Origin: Haplodiscus bocki
Lineage: Eukaryota
DNA: 64,000 bases
Direction: 5' to 3'
NCBI GenBank assembly: GCA_965655095.1
Contig: OZ296653.1
Location: 70,804,001 to 70,868,000, forward strand
Shown here: one piece after another, positions 25,631 through 37,194 of the stretch
Position numbering within the stretch: the stretch's first letter is position 1
Layout of the letters: every line of letters begins with the position of its first letter
The notes under the pieces: generated by a model
The model's database searches: none
Told to the model about the DNA's origin: nothing
What the model saw: the letters and a program-made list of their open reading frames with translations, nothing else
Program-made: the position numbers and the translations under genes

Positions 25631-25671
25631 CTCTTTGTTATCCCGCGAAAAGCGGGATATTGCAATCACCT

Positions 25672-25713
25672 TCGTGTGTTTGTTTGTTTGTCTGTTTGTT
25701 TGTTTGTTTGTTA
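25672..25713 (+). repeat. (GTTT)n microsatellite in the Helentron 5' region
   Basis: Direct inspection; typical of Helentron/DINE-1-like ends. Confidence 0.9.
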
Positions 25714-25871
25714 GCAGGATTTCTCATAAACTACTGGTCGGATTTTGGTGAAATTTGATGAGTAGGGAGGTAATGATCATAGGAAGACCGAGTTCAAAGT
25801 TGGGCGTGATCCGGATTGAAATCCGGATCTGAGATCCGGATCAATGTTTCTCATAAACTACAGGTCGGATT

Positions 25872-26050
25872 TTTTATGCTGCAACTAGGAAACGATGATG
25901 TCAGCACAAAACAGCTGACTATGCAATTTCATGTATGTTGCAAGTATAAAACGATGATGTCAGCATAAAACAGCTGATTATGCAATTTCATTTCTGCTGC
26001 AAGTATGAAACGGTGATGTCAGCATAAAAAAATCTGACTGTGCAATATAT
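25872..26050 (+). repeat. 59-bp tandem repeat x3
   Basis: aacgatgatgtcagca at 25891 and 25950; aacggtgatgtcagca at 26009. Confidence 0.9.
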
Positions 26051-26170
26051 GTGATGATGTCATCATTAAATACGCCTGGTTTCCACTTTTTGAATCCTAT
26101 ATATTTATCGTGGAATGCACCAATGTATCATTTGCAACTTGAACACACTAAGAAGACAACACAGCCAGTC

Positions 26171-29100
26171 ATGCCGAGAATCAAATCCAGAAGCTCTTCA
26201 CAAAGAAGAAAACAGAGTGCTGACTGTATGAGGAAACAACGCAGTCTTGAAACAGAACAGCAAACCGAAACACGCCTTGCTTCAGCTAGAGATGCTGTTA
26301 GAAAAAGGAGAGAATCAGAGAGTCTTGAAAGTGCAGAGAGACGCCGTTCTTCTGTTCGTCATGGAATGCAAAAACGCAGAGCAGAAGAAAGCCCAGAATC
26401 TACTGACAGACGCCGTGCTTCTGTCCGCCGCGGAATGCAGAGACAGAGCAGAAGAAAGCCCAGAATCGATCGACAGACGCTGTGCTTCTGATCGCCAAAC
26501 ACAGCAGAAACACAGAGCAGAAGAAAAGCCCAGAATCTACTGACAGACGCCGCGCTTCTGTCCGCCGCGGAATGCAGAAGCACAGAGCAGAAGAAAGCCC
26601 AGAATCTAACGACAGACGCCGCGCTTCTGTCCGCCGTGGAATGCAGACACACAGAGCAGAAGAAAGCCCAGAATCTACCGACAGACGCCGTGCTTCTGTC
26701 CGCCACGGAATGCAGAAACACAGAGCAGAAGAAAGCCTAGAATCTACCAACAGACGCCGTGCGTCAAACAAGCAGAGAATGGAAAACAACAGAGCGGCAA
26801 ATACAGCAAAAGATACCACACTTCAAGAATGCCGACAGATATTCTTATCCAAAGTATCAGAAGGTCCCATTTACGCATGCTGTTCTTGCCTTCGCTTGCA
26901 CTACCGGTCATCGGGCGTTCACATGAAAACAGAGAAGTACAAAGCAGCACCATCTACAGCCAAAATTCTGAAGACGAAAGATCATCCAATGACACATGAT
27001 GCAACCTGGATATGCAACACGTGCAATAATGCGCTCAAAGCAGGACGATTGCCGACACAGTCCTGGGCCAATGACCTGCAGCTGGATGATATTCCCCCAG
27101 CGCTTCAAGGTTTGCGGCCGCTTGAGATACGTCTCATCAGCCAACGCATTCCCTTTATGAAGCTTGCAGCACTGCCCAGAGGAGGACAGAAGGCGATACA
27201 TGGAAGTGCAGTCAACGTCCCATCAAAGCTGCAGTCTATTACCACATTGCTGCCACGACTTCCTGAAACGGCTGAGGTCTTTGCCCTCAAACTGAAACGG
27301 AAACTCGCTTATAAGGGGCATTACATGTATGAATAGGTCCGACCAAAACACGTTACGGACGCACTTATCTGGCTGAAACAACACAATCCCCTGTACAAGG
27401 ACATCGAGATCTGTGACGACTGGGAGAAGCAGTGGCGAGAAGGTGATGGTGACCTGTGGGAGGCCACCAAACTCTGTGATGACGACATGGAAACTGAGGA
27501 GGTCACTGAGGACGCTGTGACGGATCTGCCGCCTCCAATACCCATTGGACATGACTATCAAGGAATTGTGTGCCTGGCTCGAAGAAATGGATTTGGAGTC
27601 CACAATGTTCCTGGTGATGGCAACTGTTTCTTCCACGCAGTCTCCGCCTCCCTTTCATCAGCTGGAGTACAGCCTGTCGGTGGCTTAGAACTCCGAGAAC
27701 GACTTATTCACCATCTCCAGACGACAAATGACAAAAATGAATACATGGGATTTCTTCAGGCCCCGGCGAATTTTCAAGCTCTGCTTCCAGCGTCACCCAC
27801 AAAACAACAGAGTCAGCTGTATGAGTCATATAGCAGAGCCTTGATCAACGGAGAATGGGCCGACAACCTCGCAGTCCAGGCCCTTGCTGACATGCTGAAC
27901 ATTAACATTCGTGTCATCAACACCATCTCCCCCGACTGGATACATCATATTCAACCACGACAAGGGAGCTCGGATAACACGGTGTTTGTCGGGCTCATAG
28001 GAGAACAGCATTACGTGGCTCTGGAAAGAAAAGAACATGAAAACGAAGCTGGAAACTCGGAACGAGATAGACGACAACAGATTCAAGATGAAGAAGACCG
28101 AGTAGCTTTTGAAGAGACCAGCAAGCTCCGCGGTGTTCCTTATGATACTCTGCTGCAGGAGGAACAGCTTCAGGAGGGCGACACCGTGTACTCTGTCGCC
28201 CCAGGGGAGTATCAGAAGCCGCGTCCGTTTTTGACTGACGATCTCTTTGAGGAACTGGCGAATCCAACTAAATACCCCTATGGCCGTGGAGGATTTTCCA
28301 GAAAAAGAGAAAAGAACATCACTGTCCGAAAGTATTTCAACCAACGATTGCTACATAAGGACGGCCGATTTGCAAAAGCTATTGACTATCTCTTGGCGGC
28401 TCAATATGCTGTGGAGGCCAAACAGGTGAGAGATGACCTCCAGATATCGCTTCGGCAGACACGAGGACAAACCTTTCAGAACAGACGACTGACTGCTGGT
28501 CTCATGAGATGCTCTGACACCGTACAAGCAATGATCCGAACTGACACAGCATTTAAATTCCTAAAAAACGTTCTTGGATCTCCAGCTTACTGGAATACCG
28601 TTCTGCTTGATTTGCTTGCTATGGTGAGACAACTCGGAATGCCGACGTGGTTCCTCACCCTGTCGGCTGCAGACATGCAGTGGCCTGAGGTTATCCAAAG
28701 CATTGCCTTCCAGTATGGGAAAAGTCTCTCACCCGAAGATGTCAAAAATTGACCTGGGCAGAGAAGTGTAGCTGGCTGCGTTGCAACCCTGTCGTCGCAG
28801 CGAGTCACGTCCAGCATCGTGTAAATATTTTCTTCAAGGATTTTCTGGGAGGAAAAGCGAATCCGATCGGGAAACTGAAAGACTACATGATCAGGATCGA
28901 GTTCCAGGCTCGTAGCTCCCCGCACGCCCATACCATCCTCTGGATTGAAGATGCTCCTGAGCTCGGTGTTCAGTCCGACGAGGAAGTTGCTGCATTCATC
29001 AACGAGCACCAGACGTGTGCCATCCCAGACGATGATCAGGACCTGAAAACCCTTGTGATGTCTGTCCACAGACATGTCCACTCGTCCACCTGCAGGCGAT

Positions 29101-29183
29101 CGGGATACTGTAGATTCCATTTTCCCCATGCACCAAGCAGAGAAACGATGATCGCTCCACCATCAGATGAGGACCCAGAAATC
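26171..29183 (+). pseudogene. Helentron Rep pseudogene: STPR-like repeats, Cys-rich/DUF6570-like domain, OTU protease, HUH Rep
   Basis: GPIYACCSC...WICNTC...LEIRLISQRIPFMK; OTU VPGDGNCFFHAV...EWADNLAVQALA...EQHYVAL; Rep GSPAYW..DLLAMVRQLGMPTWFLTLSAAD and HUH motif IEFQARSSPHAHTILW; HVHSSTC..CRFHFP. Stops at ~27334 and ~28750 plus frameshifts. Confidence 0.9.
26250..26790 (+). repeat. 69-bp coding tandem repeat (23-aa STPR-like units)
   Basis: ESPESTDRRRASVRRGMQKHRAE repeated about 7 times; period 69 bp (e.g. 26521/26590/26659). Confidence 0.9.
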
Positions 29184-30643
29184 CTAATGTGTCCATAAAT
29201 CGATTCTCAATGTATCCAGTGGAAATCATGTTATCAACGAAAAAAATTAATTGTGCAGACCAAGTAAGCATAGCTGCCAGTATCCTTCTTAATATTTGAA
29301 CACACGATGAGTTTTTGTGAAAACTTCTCTGGGGCAATCCAAGAAGCGGCATTACTCAGGACACTGTCCCACAAATCGCTGAGTTCACTTCGAGTGTACA
29401 TCCCTGCATCTTATGATCCAAGAAAGAAAAGAACAGCTACTGGTGGGAATTTTTTTAGGTCCAAAAACTGCGAGTCTATCCTGGTGTACAATGCTAGGTG
29501 TGAAGGGGTACCACGTCTTTTTGGTAGATATCGAATTAGAAAAGATTATTATTTCGGTCGGAACAACTCTGGACGCGTGATAGGAGCGACAAATTGGGCC
29601 TTCATAGAGAATAGGTGATCGATTATAACATCGATTCATGGTGTGAAGAGCAAAATGAACTAGCGGACAATGATATGGCCATGCCAAGCTGCCATCAGTT
29701 TCGAGCAACATTGATAGGTTTCCAGTATGCATATGGCATGCCAGGTGAGGACTTTGAAGTGATAGCATGAGAATCTTTAGACTTGGGTTCGTTCTCGGTC
29801 GCACTGATTTTTCGGAGGCTTGAAGAATTCGTGAGCTTTGGAAGAAAAGATAGTCTAATTTTGTCCACGTGAGGATTTCATGAACCATATTCAAATAGGC
29901 GTCTTCAACGCTTTGTGAACTGCTGGTTTGAGGTCGTAGGAACAAATTTCAGCCAAACCATTTTGTTCTTTTGGTGCTATATACTGTAGGAGTCGGGTCG
30001 CCGCGAAGTTTTCCTCGCTAAGATTTCTACCAGATATAATAAGGAAACATCCGTGAAAAATGTCATGCATAGTGGTAGGATAGACATCCACAGGTTAGCC
30101 ACAAAATTTCTAGGGGTTGTTTTTGACTTCAAACAAAATCTAGTGATCGAGTTTTCACTGCTGACAATAAAATACATTGTTCCTTGTTTGACCATATTGA
30201 CGTATTCGGTGCGAAGCATTGACAGGACACAATTTTTGAAGTAGTCCGATATGTAGGCTTAGAGATCCAGTGAAGTTGTTTCACACCCCAACTCTTCCAG
30301 GGCAATGGTAAAACTTGTGCTGAAAAGGAAAAATTCTTCCATTAGACATTATGACCTCAAGAGTTGTTGTTGCATATGGAGAAGGAAGGTGTCACGGGGA
30401 GCCAGCTCGTTTTCTTCCAGAGATTGCAGTTATCGTCACAAGTGGATTCAGATGGTTTTATGACAGGGTTCTTCATGTCATCGCTGAAAGTTGGAGAAAA
30501 ATCCAGCAAAAAATCTCTGCCTTTGGAAAGCTTTCGGCATTGCTCTGGGGAAGGGACCATATCACTTGTAATCCCAGCAATAGTGTGGTCAATGCTACTG
30601 TGATCATAATGTCCATTTGTCTCGCTGGTGTTGTTATCGCCAT
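29184..30643 (-). pseudogene. env: Envelope glycoprotein, class III type (chuvirus G / herpes gB-like), decayed and lacking its TM end
   Basis: Signal peptide MAITTPARQMDIMITVALTTLLLGLQVIWSLP from ATG 30643. TKLDYLFFQSSRILQASE...ILMLSLQSPHLACHMHTGNLSMLLETDGSLAWPYHCPLVH..HTMNRCYNRSPILYEG resembles the P..A....G......G......C..V.......CY..lP pattern of chuviral G as I recall it. Also WYPFTPSIVHQD and DAGMYTRSELSDLW. Confidence 0.65.
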
Positions 30644-31399
30644 TTTGTGGTATTTAGCTCCTTTCGAAAAAGTTTGGTATAGAGGGTTACCTCCTTCCGG
30701 CTGATCTCTAGTTCATCGGGTTTAACATGGAGTGGTCGTACCGGGTTCAGAGCATAAAGTGTGTTTTCCGTCATTGCAACGAAGTCCAAGAAAAATTGAG
30801 ACTCTTGGCAACCTGCTATACCTCTACAGCTAGGCTATAAGCAACTTCGGAACAGAGCACGAGGATTTGAAAAAAAATACCGTAATCGCAGGGGTCCGCA
30901 GTGGAAGTTCCATCTGTGGATTATTTCAGAGGGACTAGCTATCAGGAGTAAGCGAAACAAAAGACAAAAGCTTCGTCACCGGGTTCACCAGTGGAAGTTC
31001 TATCATTTCAAAGAAATGCCAATTGAAAATGCCGTGTAATGAAACCGGCGCTTTCAGGGCACTAACACAAAGTGGCGGAAAAAATTTTACAACAGTAGCT
31101 CCACTACTGTAAAAACGACGTCGAGAAATTTGTAAAGGGCGCCGGATTAGGACCGGTATCCCCAAAAAAACGAGAAATTGAGAAGATTGAAAATAACTCA
31201 CCTCCACAATTGTGTTTCATAAATTGTAGCTTGCTTTATTACGCTTCAAACTTGCTGTATGGTCGTCAGAGACCGATGATTGACAGTGTCGAATGAGTTC
31301 TTTAACTAAGAGTCTGGTCAGAGGAGTATTGTGAAGAAAAATTGTGTAATCTTGCAGGGCTGATTAGACGTTTGTTAACTCTTCACCCCCTGATTGGAT

Positions 31400-32536
31400 T
31401 GGCAGTTTTGAGATCTCAAATTGCAGTTGCCTCAAACTATTGATGCAGACTATTTGTTGCTATATCGATTGGGTCAGATACTTCGCTCCACTCAATTTCT
31501 CTAATTTCAAGTTTTTGCTTGTGGCAGGATGTTGCCAGAGGCATTTAATATTGAGTTGAAATGTCAAAAGGATCGACAAGAGCGTGTAGCATGTTGATGT
31601 GTGACACCTCGTTAAATTGTCCCGGGGTCTTGTCTATAGATTCCAAAAAAGCGTCCCAGCTTTGGTTTTCCCGTTTGTCCGAAGTTCTGAAGATCTTTAA
31701 GGTCACAAACAGCTTAGCGATCTCTACAGTTCGGAATTTTACGGAAAGTGGAATTAACGCCAGTAGATTCTCAGCGACCAATATTCTGACTCAGAGTGGG
31801 CTTCCGTCAGGAATACAAAAGATTGTAATGAAGTGCTCTTCTTGTAGAGAAACTGGTGACCACTTGCAGCGAATATGAGGTCTCGAATGTGATTTGTTAT
31901 CACTAAATCGTTGTACAGTGATTCCTTTGGGTTCATCCACGTTATAATTCAGGTTTCTTCCATCGAGATAGTCTGGTACATGCTCACAGATCGAGTTCGT
32001 GGAAGCTTTTTGAAAAGGTTTTCAACGAAGGCAAACTTTGTCGATTCCTGAGGGCAGGGAAAACTTTCTCTCAAATTCAAAATTTTGTATCTATTTTCTT
32101 GTGAGATTGTAAGTTGAGCAGGTAACGAAATATAGTTTGTCTCTGATGTCAGGAAGGACAGATGTCATCCAAAACCTTGTCTTGACTCCTTATTGTGACT
32201 GATAGGGGTTTTTTAAAGAGGGCTTCGACAAATGAACCATGAGAGTAACCAGGGGTGCAGATGAAGGTTCTTATCCGTTCGTCGGTGGTAGATTCGGAGA
32301 GCACTTTGAATTCTTTTGGTACGTTGTTGTAAATCAAACTCAAGATGATATGGTGTTGATTGCAAATGTTGGTAAATGTTGAGAAGAGTGAGAAGAGCGA
32401 GCTTCTTGTTGCCGCCAACGATTTCCCTTAAAAAGTAAAGGTCTGAAGAGAGATTGCACAATTGAGAGAAGTTTGCCAAATCAGAAGAACACTTGTACAC
32501 CTCTTCGATTCCTGCTTCAGTTTCAGTACGAATCAT
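31400..32536 (-). pseudogene. Element B sense accessory ORF remnants, unknown function
   Basis: Protein-like fragments in ORFs 32213-32536, 31754-31936 and 31545-31781, lying between pol and env. Confidence 0.35.
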
Positions 32537-32986
32537 AGTTGTTGACTTGGACGTTAGCTCAATTTGTTAAAATGATTTGACTGTCCGTCAAGCTTTATAT
32601 ACATCGGATCGTAGCAAATCTGAGGGTAGTGCGATCCAGCTATTTCAATGCTTTTCGACGTATTTATCACGTATACATTTCACTCATATAAAAAGGCTTC
32701 TTTCAGGCAAAAAACTAAATGAGATGAAGAAAAGCTTAAGAAAAATCAGATTTCAAAAAAATCATCGGTCAATTCGATTTCTATTCTTCCCACCCTCTTA
32801 GTTTCCTTCGCTCTGCTACACTTACCGTAGTAGCGCCCTCAGGAGAAGATACAGGTGTCATGTTGGTAGGGTATGCGTAGGGCAAGGTTGGGGTAGGGAG
32901 GCAATAGAAAAGTTATAGCAAGGCCAATGTAGTCGGGCTAACAGTAGGGAGGTCGTCGTTCAGTACGTAATTAAATGTTTTCGCAG

Positions 32987-33460
32987 GATCGAACAAGTCG
33001 AGCAAGAGGAAGTTATTCTAGAAGGAGTTGTAGGTGCTCCAGTAGAGGAGTGTCTAGGGTCACCCCCGTGGATGAACAGCAAGCAGCCCCCGACTGTGGG
33101 TATCGATATTCAAGTTGGGCTCGATATGGAGAATGAGGAGCCACCCGGGTCACCACCACCACAGAGTCTCTGTCGACAGCATTGTCCGACGACGGAGAGC
33201 AATTCAAGAAATTCTATGATCGGGCCGAGCTAGTTTTATCGAAAAACCGGATGGAGAACACAAGAACAATGAAGGGCGGGGTCGGCAACCAGGTCATGGA
33301 GATCTTAATCTCCCACAATCTGGAAACAATCTTGCGAGTAGTGTATGGCTCACAATGGGAGTCAAAGTGTCTGCGTGGAGAGGGAATGCCGCTGGCTCAG
33401 TTGGATGCCTATGTGTCGGGGTACGCTGATCTGACTGGTTTCCAGAGACCGGGGCGATAG
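32987..33460 (+). pseudogene. Element B antisense accessory ORF (acidic/Pro-rich N-terminal part + helical domain), frameshifted
   Basis: Acceptor-like tgttttcgcag at ~32976-32986, then IEQVEQEEVILEG...EEPPGSPPP shifting into ORF 33182-33460 (SDDGEQFKKFYDRAELVL...LETILRVVYGSQW). Confidence 0.35.
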
Positions 33461-34739
33461 ACCGTTCCCAGTATGGACAGCAGCGGAGCTCCGGTCTCAA
33501 TCGGCGTAGCTTAGACCGGAGGCCTCCTTGAGATCGAATTGGCCTCCGGGCCTCCTTCTGTTCTGTTCGTCAGGGGCGTTTCAGACCCACGGCGGCTTTT
33601 ATTTTATATCTTCTTTTCCCAGGTATGTGGTAAACTTTGGGATTGCACAAAATATACAAAAAAATATGAAAAAGATTTACAAAGTCGAACGGACCGAATA
33701 AAACGCAGAGACGGAAGAGTTGACCGAATTGACTGATTCATTATCAGAACTTTCAAAAACAAGGTAATGAAAAAAATAGGAAGGCAAACGGGTAGGGAGA
33801 TAAGGTAATTCTTCAGGGAGAGAAACAGAAGATGAAAGGGAATCGTGGCGTAGGAGTTCGTAAAGACTCGCCATAGCTTTGGAATCAAAGTAAACTTGGT
33901 GGTTAGATAGGCTTGTGACAGCCAGTTTCGAGTTGATCGGTGAGATAGGTGTAACAAATACACGCACAATGTTGGTGGCATAGCTCCAAAAAAATTTTGG
34001 CGAGTAGTGATGGGTAATAAATCAAGCTTTACCATTCAGTTGGAACATGCCAAACTGCAGCTGCGATAAACCTTGTGGCATTGGGGCAGGGTTATCTGGA
34101 AGACAGGAAAAATGAAACGCAGGACATAGATAATAAAGGCCGGAATTACGAAAGAAGCGATAGAATATAAAAACATGAACTTTTAGAATTTATAGACCTG
34201 GCGACTCTGAGTACGAAGCAGACTGTGGGTCAAGATGACCAGGCTGCGAACGGTTGTATTTGGCTTCGTTGTTGCTGAATATACAACTACTGTTCATATA
34301 TTGTTGAATTGGAATTAGTGGTCCGTTAAGTGAATTTGGAAGAGGACTGTTACGTGAAGTTGATGGTGAGAGAGAGGGCTGAGGATGGTGCAAATCCTCA
34401 GGAGCAACTGGAAATGCTGGTGAAAGAGCCTGAGTGCAGTTAACTGCGGTATCACTATTCGTATTGCGGACTCATTTCCTTCGAGGTGCAGTAGGAATAG
34501 GACGTAAAGGCTCGATAGGCAATGGAAGGGAAATCTGCATGCTAGGTTATTCTGGGTTGTTGAACTTCTTAACTCGTTCCATAAATCTCTCCTGGAAATT
34601 GCCACGGCGTTTGTCCATAGGTATATACTCTTCAATCATAGGGGAAGAGTTTCTTTTTTCCGAAATTACTCGCGTAAGTGGCTACGGTGTACAGTTTCCA
34701 TTATCCTAGCTCGTTGTCATCTTCTATCTGATAGGTTAG

Positions 34740-37150
34740 ATTTTACTCATCCATTGATTGAAAACGGGTCTAAGTCGTCGTTGCTGAGTCTTTTGACTTT
34801 TAGTTAGAGCCTGACGGTGATTCTCGTGAAGTACTTTCTCGCCTACCGCGAGGTGTTGTCCCAACTTGAAGGGACTCCTGTAGGCGTGTGATCTAGCTGT
34901 TTGTTCTCCACATCGCTCGAAGGTAGCGGAGTATATTCGTTTAAAATCGCGTTCTGGCTCCAGAAGGACATGAGAAAGTTGAGGTCCCGGTTGGTTTTCT
35001 AGTAACTGCTTTTTCATCGTGTTTTCACTGCCAATGCGAAGGGAGATCATTGCAAAGCTCTGAACACCAAAATTTGTTTGTAGCGACAGATCCCAAGTTT
35101 CCAAGATATTGGAATTTGGGGTTCTGTGCAGAACACAAAGTCAAAGCGTGTTTTTCCGGTGGATCAGTTTATACTCGTGTTATGAGCAAAGGCAAACTTG
35201 GGAGCTAAAGACCAGTTGTTTCCGGCGTCATTCAAGAAAGTTCGCCAATATCGGGCGATAAGCTGATTCTGTGTTTCGACCTCACTATTGGTCCAAACAA
35301 AAAGTGTCGTTTGCGGTCGCAGAGTGATTCCCAATTCTTTACACCAATTGATGAAGTCGGTATCGATAAAAGCAGTGCCTCGATCGTGTACAAGAGACTG
35401 GGTGATTCCAAGAAAAGGTATCCATTTCTCGACAAGAGAATGTAGTTTGTGCCCCTGTGTAAGTAACAGGTAAAACCATCAAAAAGCAAGCAAAGGCATC
35501 AATAACCAAAAGGCACAGCAGCAGCCTATTGCTTGGGGGATGATGAGGTCCTTTTTTATCAACATGGATTGTTCAAAATGATAATGTTTCCATTTGCCAT
35601 TCTTCCTGAGGACCTTCAATTCTATGTTTAGGCTTGGGTTCGTTGTTCTGATATGTGAGGCAGTCAGCAGTGAGTGCATAAATCCAGTCGAACATACCGC
35701 ATCAATAGTAGAATCTCTTTGCATTATTGTACGTTTTCGACGCACTCACATGTCAACCCGTCTCGTTGTAGTGGCCAAGTCTGAAAAAAGCTAGGAAAAG
35801 TGATATTTGGTAGGAAAATTCCCAGATGTTCGTCTTCCAATTTATCGGAGGGTTCGTTGCAGCACAGAAGTTTTCTTGCTTCTTCAATCAGATTTCGATC
35901 CACTTCTTGTCAAAAACGGCGAGCTCTCTAGTTTGTTGCATTCCAAGAACGCGCAGTGCCAAGAAATGGGCATTTAATTTGTTCAGCCAATATCGTAGAT
36001 ATATCAAAATCGACTAATTTAGCAACGTCCTCTAGTTTCGTTATCAAAGCCCTGGTATCCAATTGAAGGCATTCTGTAGCTGCGAGTGTCTTTTTGGCTA
36101 AGGAAGCGTCATTTTCACCCGAAAGAGTCGAGGGATGTATTAGCTGTGGAATGTCGGTAGTTGTCAGACTTCAAGTTTAGTTCGCATATCAGGCTGTCTT
36201 CGTCGTCATCCGTGACTGCGTCGACAACATCGGTGAGATTATCATTGGCTTGGTCGAGTTCGTCTGCAGTTTTGAGAGAGTTGATTGAGCTATAGGTGGG
36301 TTCAAATTCTTCAACTGAACGTAGAGACGGAGAAGGAAGAGAGCACAGACATGGGGATCGGTTGATTGTCCTACCCATCAGAAAACAATCGACAGCCAAT
36401 GGAAGCGCAGCTATTGGGAACTCATTGCTCGGACTGTTCAACGTGAAGTTTTCACCATCTTTGTATAATCAAAGGACCTTCTTGTCTTCTTGTTGACAAT
36501 GGAGCGGATAAAATACACTGCAAAAGTCGTTTGGGTTGAAATTGTGGTGGATTCGGTAGACTACTGGAGTACCATGTTCGTTGTAGAACTCTATATCTCC
36601 TGGTATTTTCTTGTATTGTAGCTGCCGCTTCAGTTATTCTTCTAGAGTCACATTTCGACTTAAGATGTCCGAGAAAGCAAAAATCGATCCGGGCGTCCAA
36701 ATGAGTTTGAGATTTTGGAATTTCGCAAAGATAACTTGGTACCTGAAGAATCGGTGTGATAGCTGTCCTTTGCGTCCCCACAAATAGAGAACAGGTTTAT
36801 GATCACAACAGAATTACATTGGGAAAAGGGAGCCAACGATGTAATGCTCGTAGGTTTGCAGCGCTGACACAATTCCATGAAATTCCCTGTGGACAAAAGG
36901 CATTTTTTGTTCGGCTTTGTCAGAAATAATAGAGTTGATTGAGACTAAACTCTTGCCTTCAGGGAATTGTATCTATAAACAGCCGGTTCCAGCGTCAGAA
37001 GTGTCCACATGAATATGGGAGTAAAGACTGAATATTACAGAGAGAATAGTGTCTCCACTGATTCTGTCTTTGACTGATTGAAAGAGCTTCTCGTAATCCT
37101 ATGTCCAGTGAAAAGTGGTTGAATCTTTGATCAGATCGTAGAATGACAGA
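34740..37150 (-). pseudogene. pol: Element B pol pseudogene (RT connection, RNase H, integrase)
   Basis: FYDLIKDSTTFHWT, HIHVDTSDAGTG, SALQTYEHYIVG, CDHKPVLYLW, KTYNNAKRFYY..MFDWI..LTADC, ITQSLVHDRGTAF..WCKELGITL..WTNSEVETQN. Many lesions. Confidence 0.85.
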
Positions 37151-37194
37151 CCATCTACGAGGAGACTTTTAATTGACAGTTCTTTTCGGCTCTC

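Larger units (their letters stand above)
15330..25634 (-). mobile_element. Element A: env-bearing Gypsy/Metaviridae LTR retrotransposon (5' part lost)
   Basis: In element orientation: RT-RNaseH-IN(deleted core)-macro, accessory ORF, antisense JmjC, env, PPT-like tract, LTR. RT-RH-IN order is the Gypsy-type order. Confidence 0.88.
25635..29183 (+). mobile_element. 3'-truncated Helentron/Helitron inserted into element A pol
   Basis: Begins in a T-run with the hairpin tatcccgc-gaaaa-gcgggata (25639-25659), then a (GTTT)n microsatellite, GATCCGGAT palindromes, a 59-bp tandem repeat and a Rep ORF. Helicase is absent. Confidence 0.88.
29184..37150 (-). mobile_element. Element B: heavily decayed Gypsy LTR retrotransposon with accessory ORFs and class III env; both ends missing
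   Basis: RH-IN remnants at 34740-37150, accessory region 31000-34700 and env 29184-30643, all collinear on the minus strand. Confidence 0.75.

Noticed and set aside
25872-26790. 59-bp and 69-bp repeats as a CRISPR array
   Set aside because: Contiguous tandem units without unique spacers, no cas genes, eukaryotic context; the 69-bp unit is protein-coding.
26359-28344. Long minus-strand ORFs over the Helentron
   Set aside because: Shadow frames of the repetitive, GC-richer plus-strand Rep gene.
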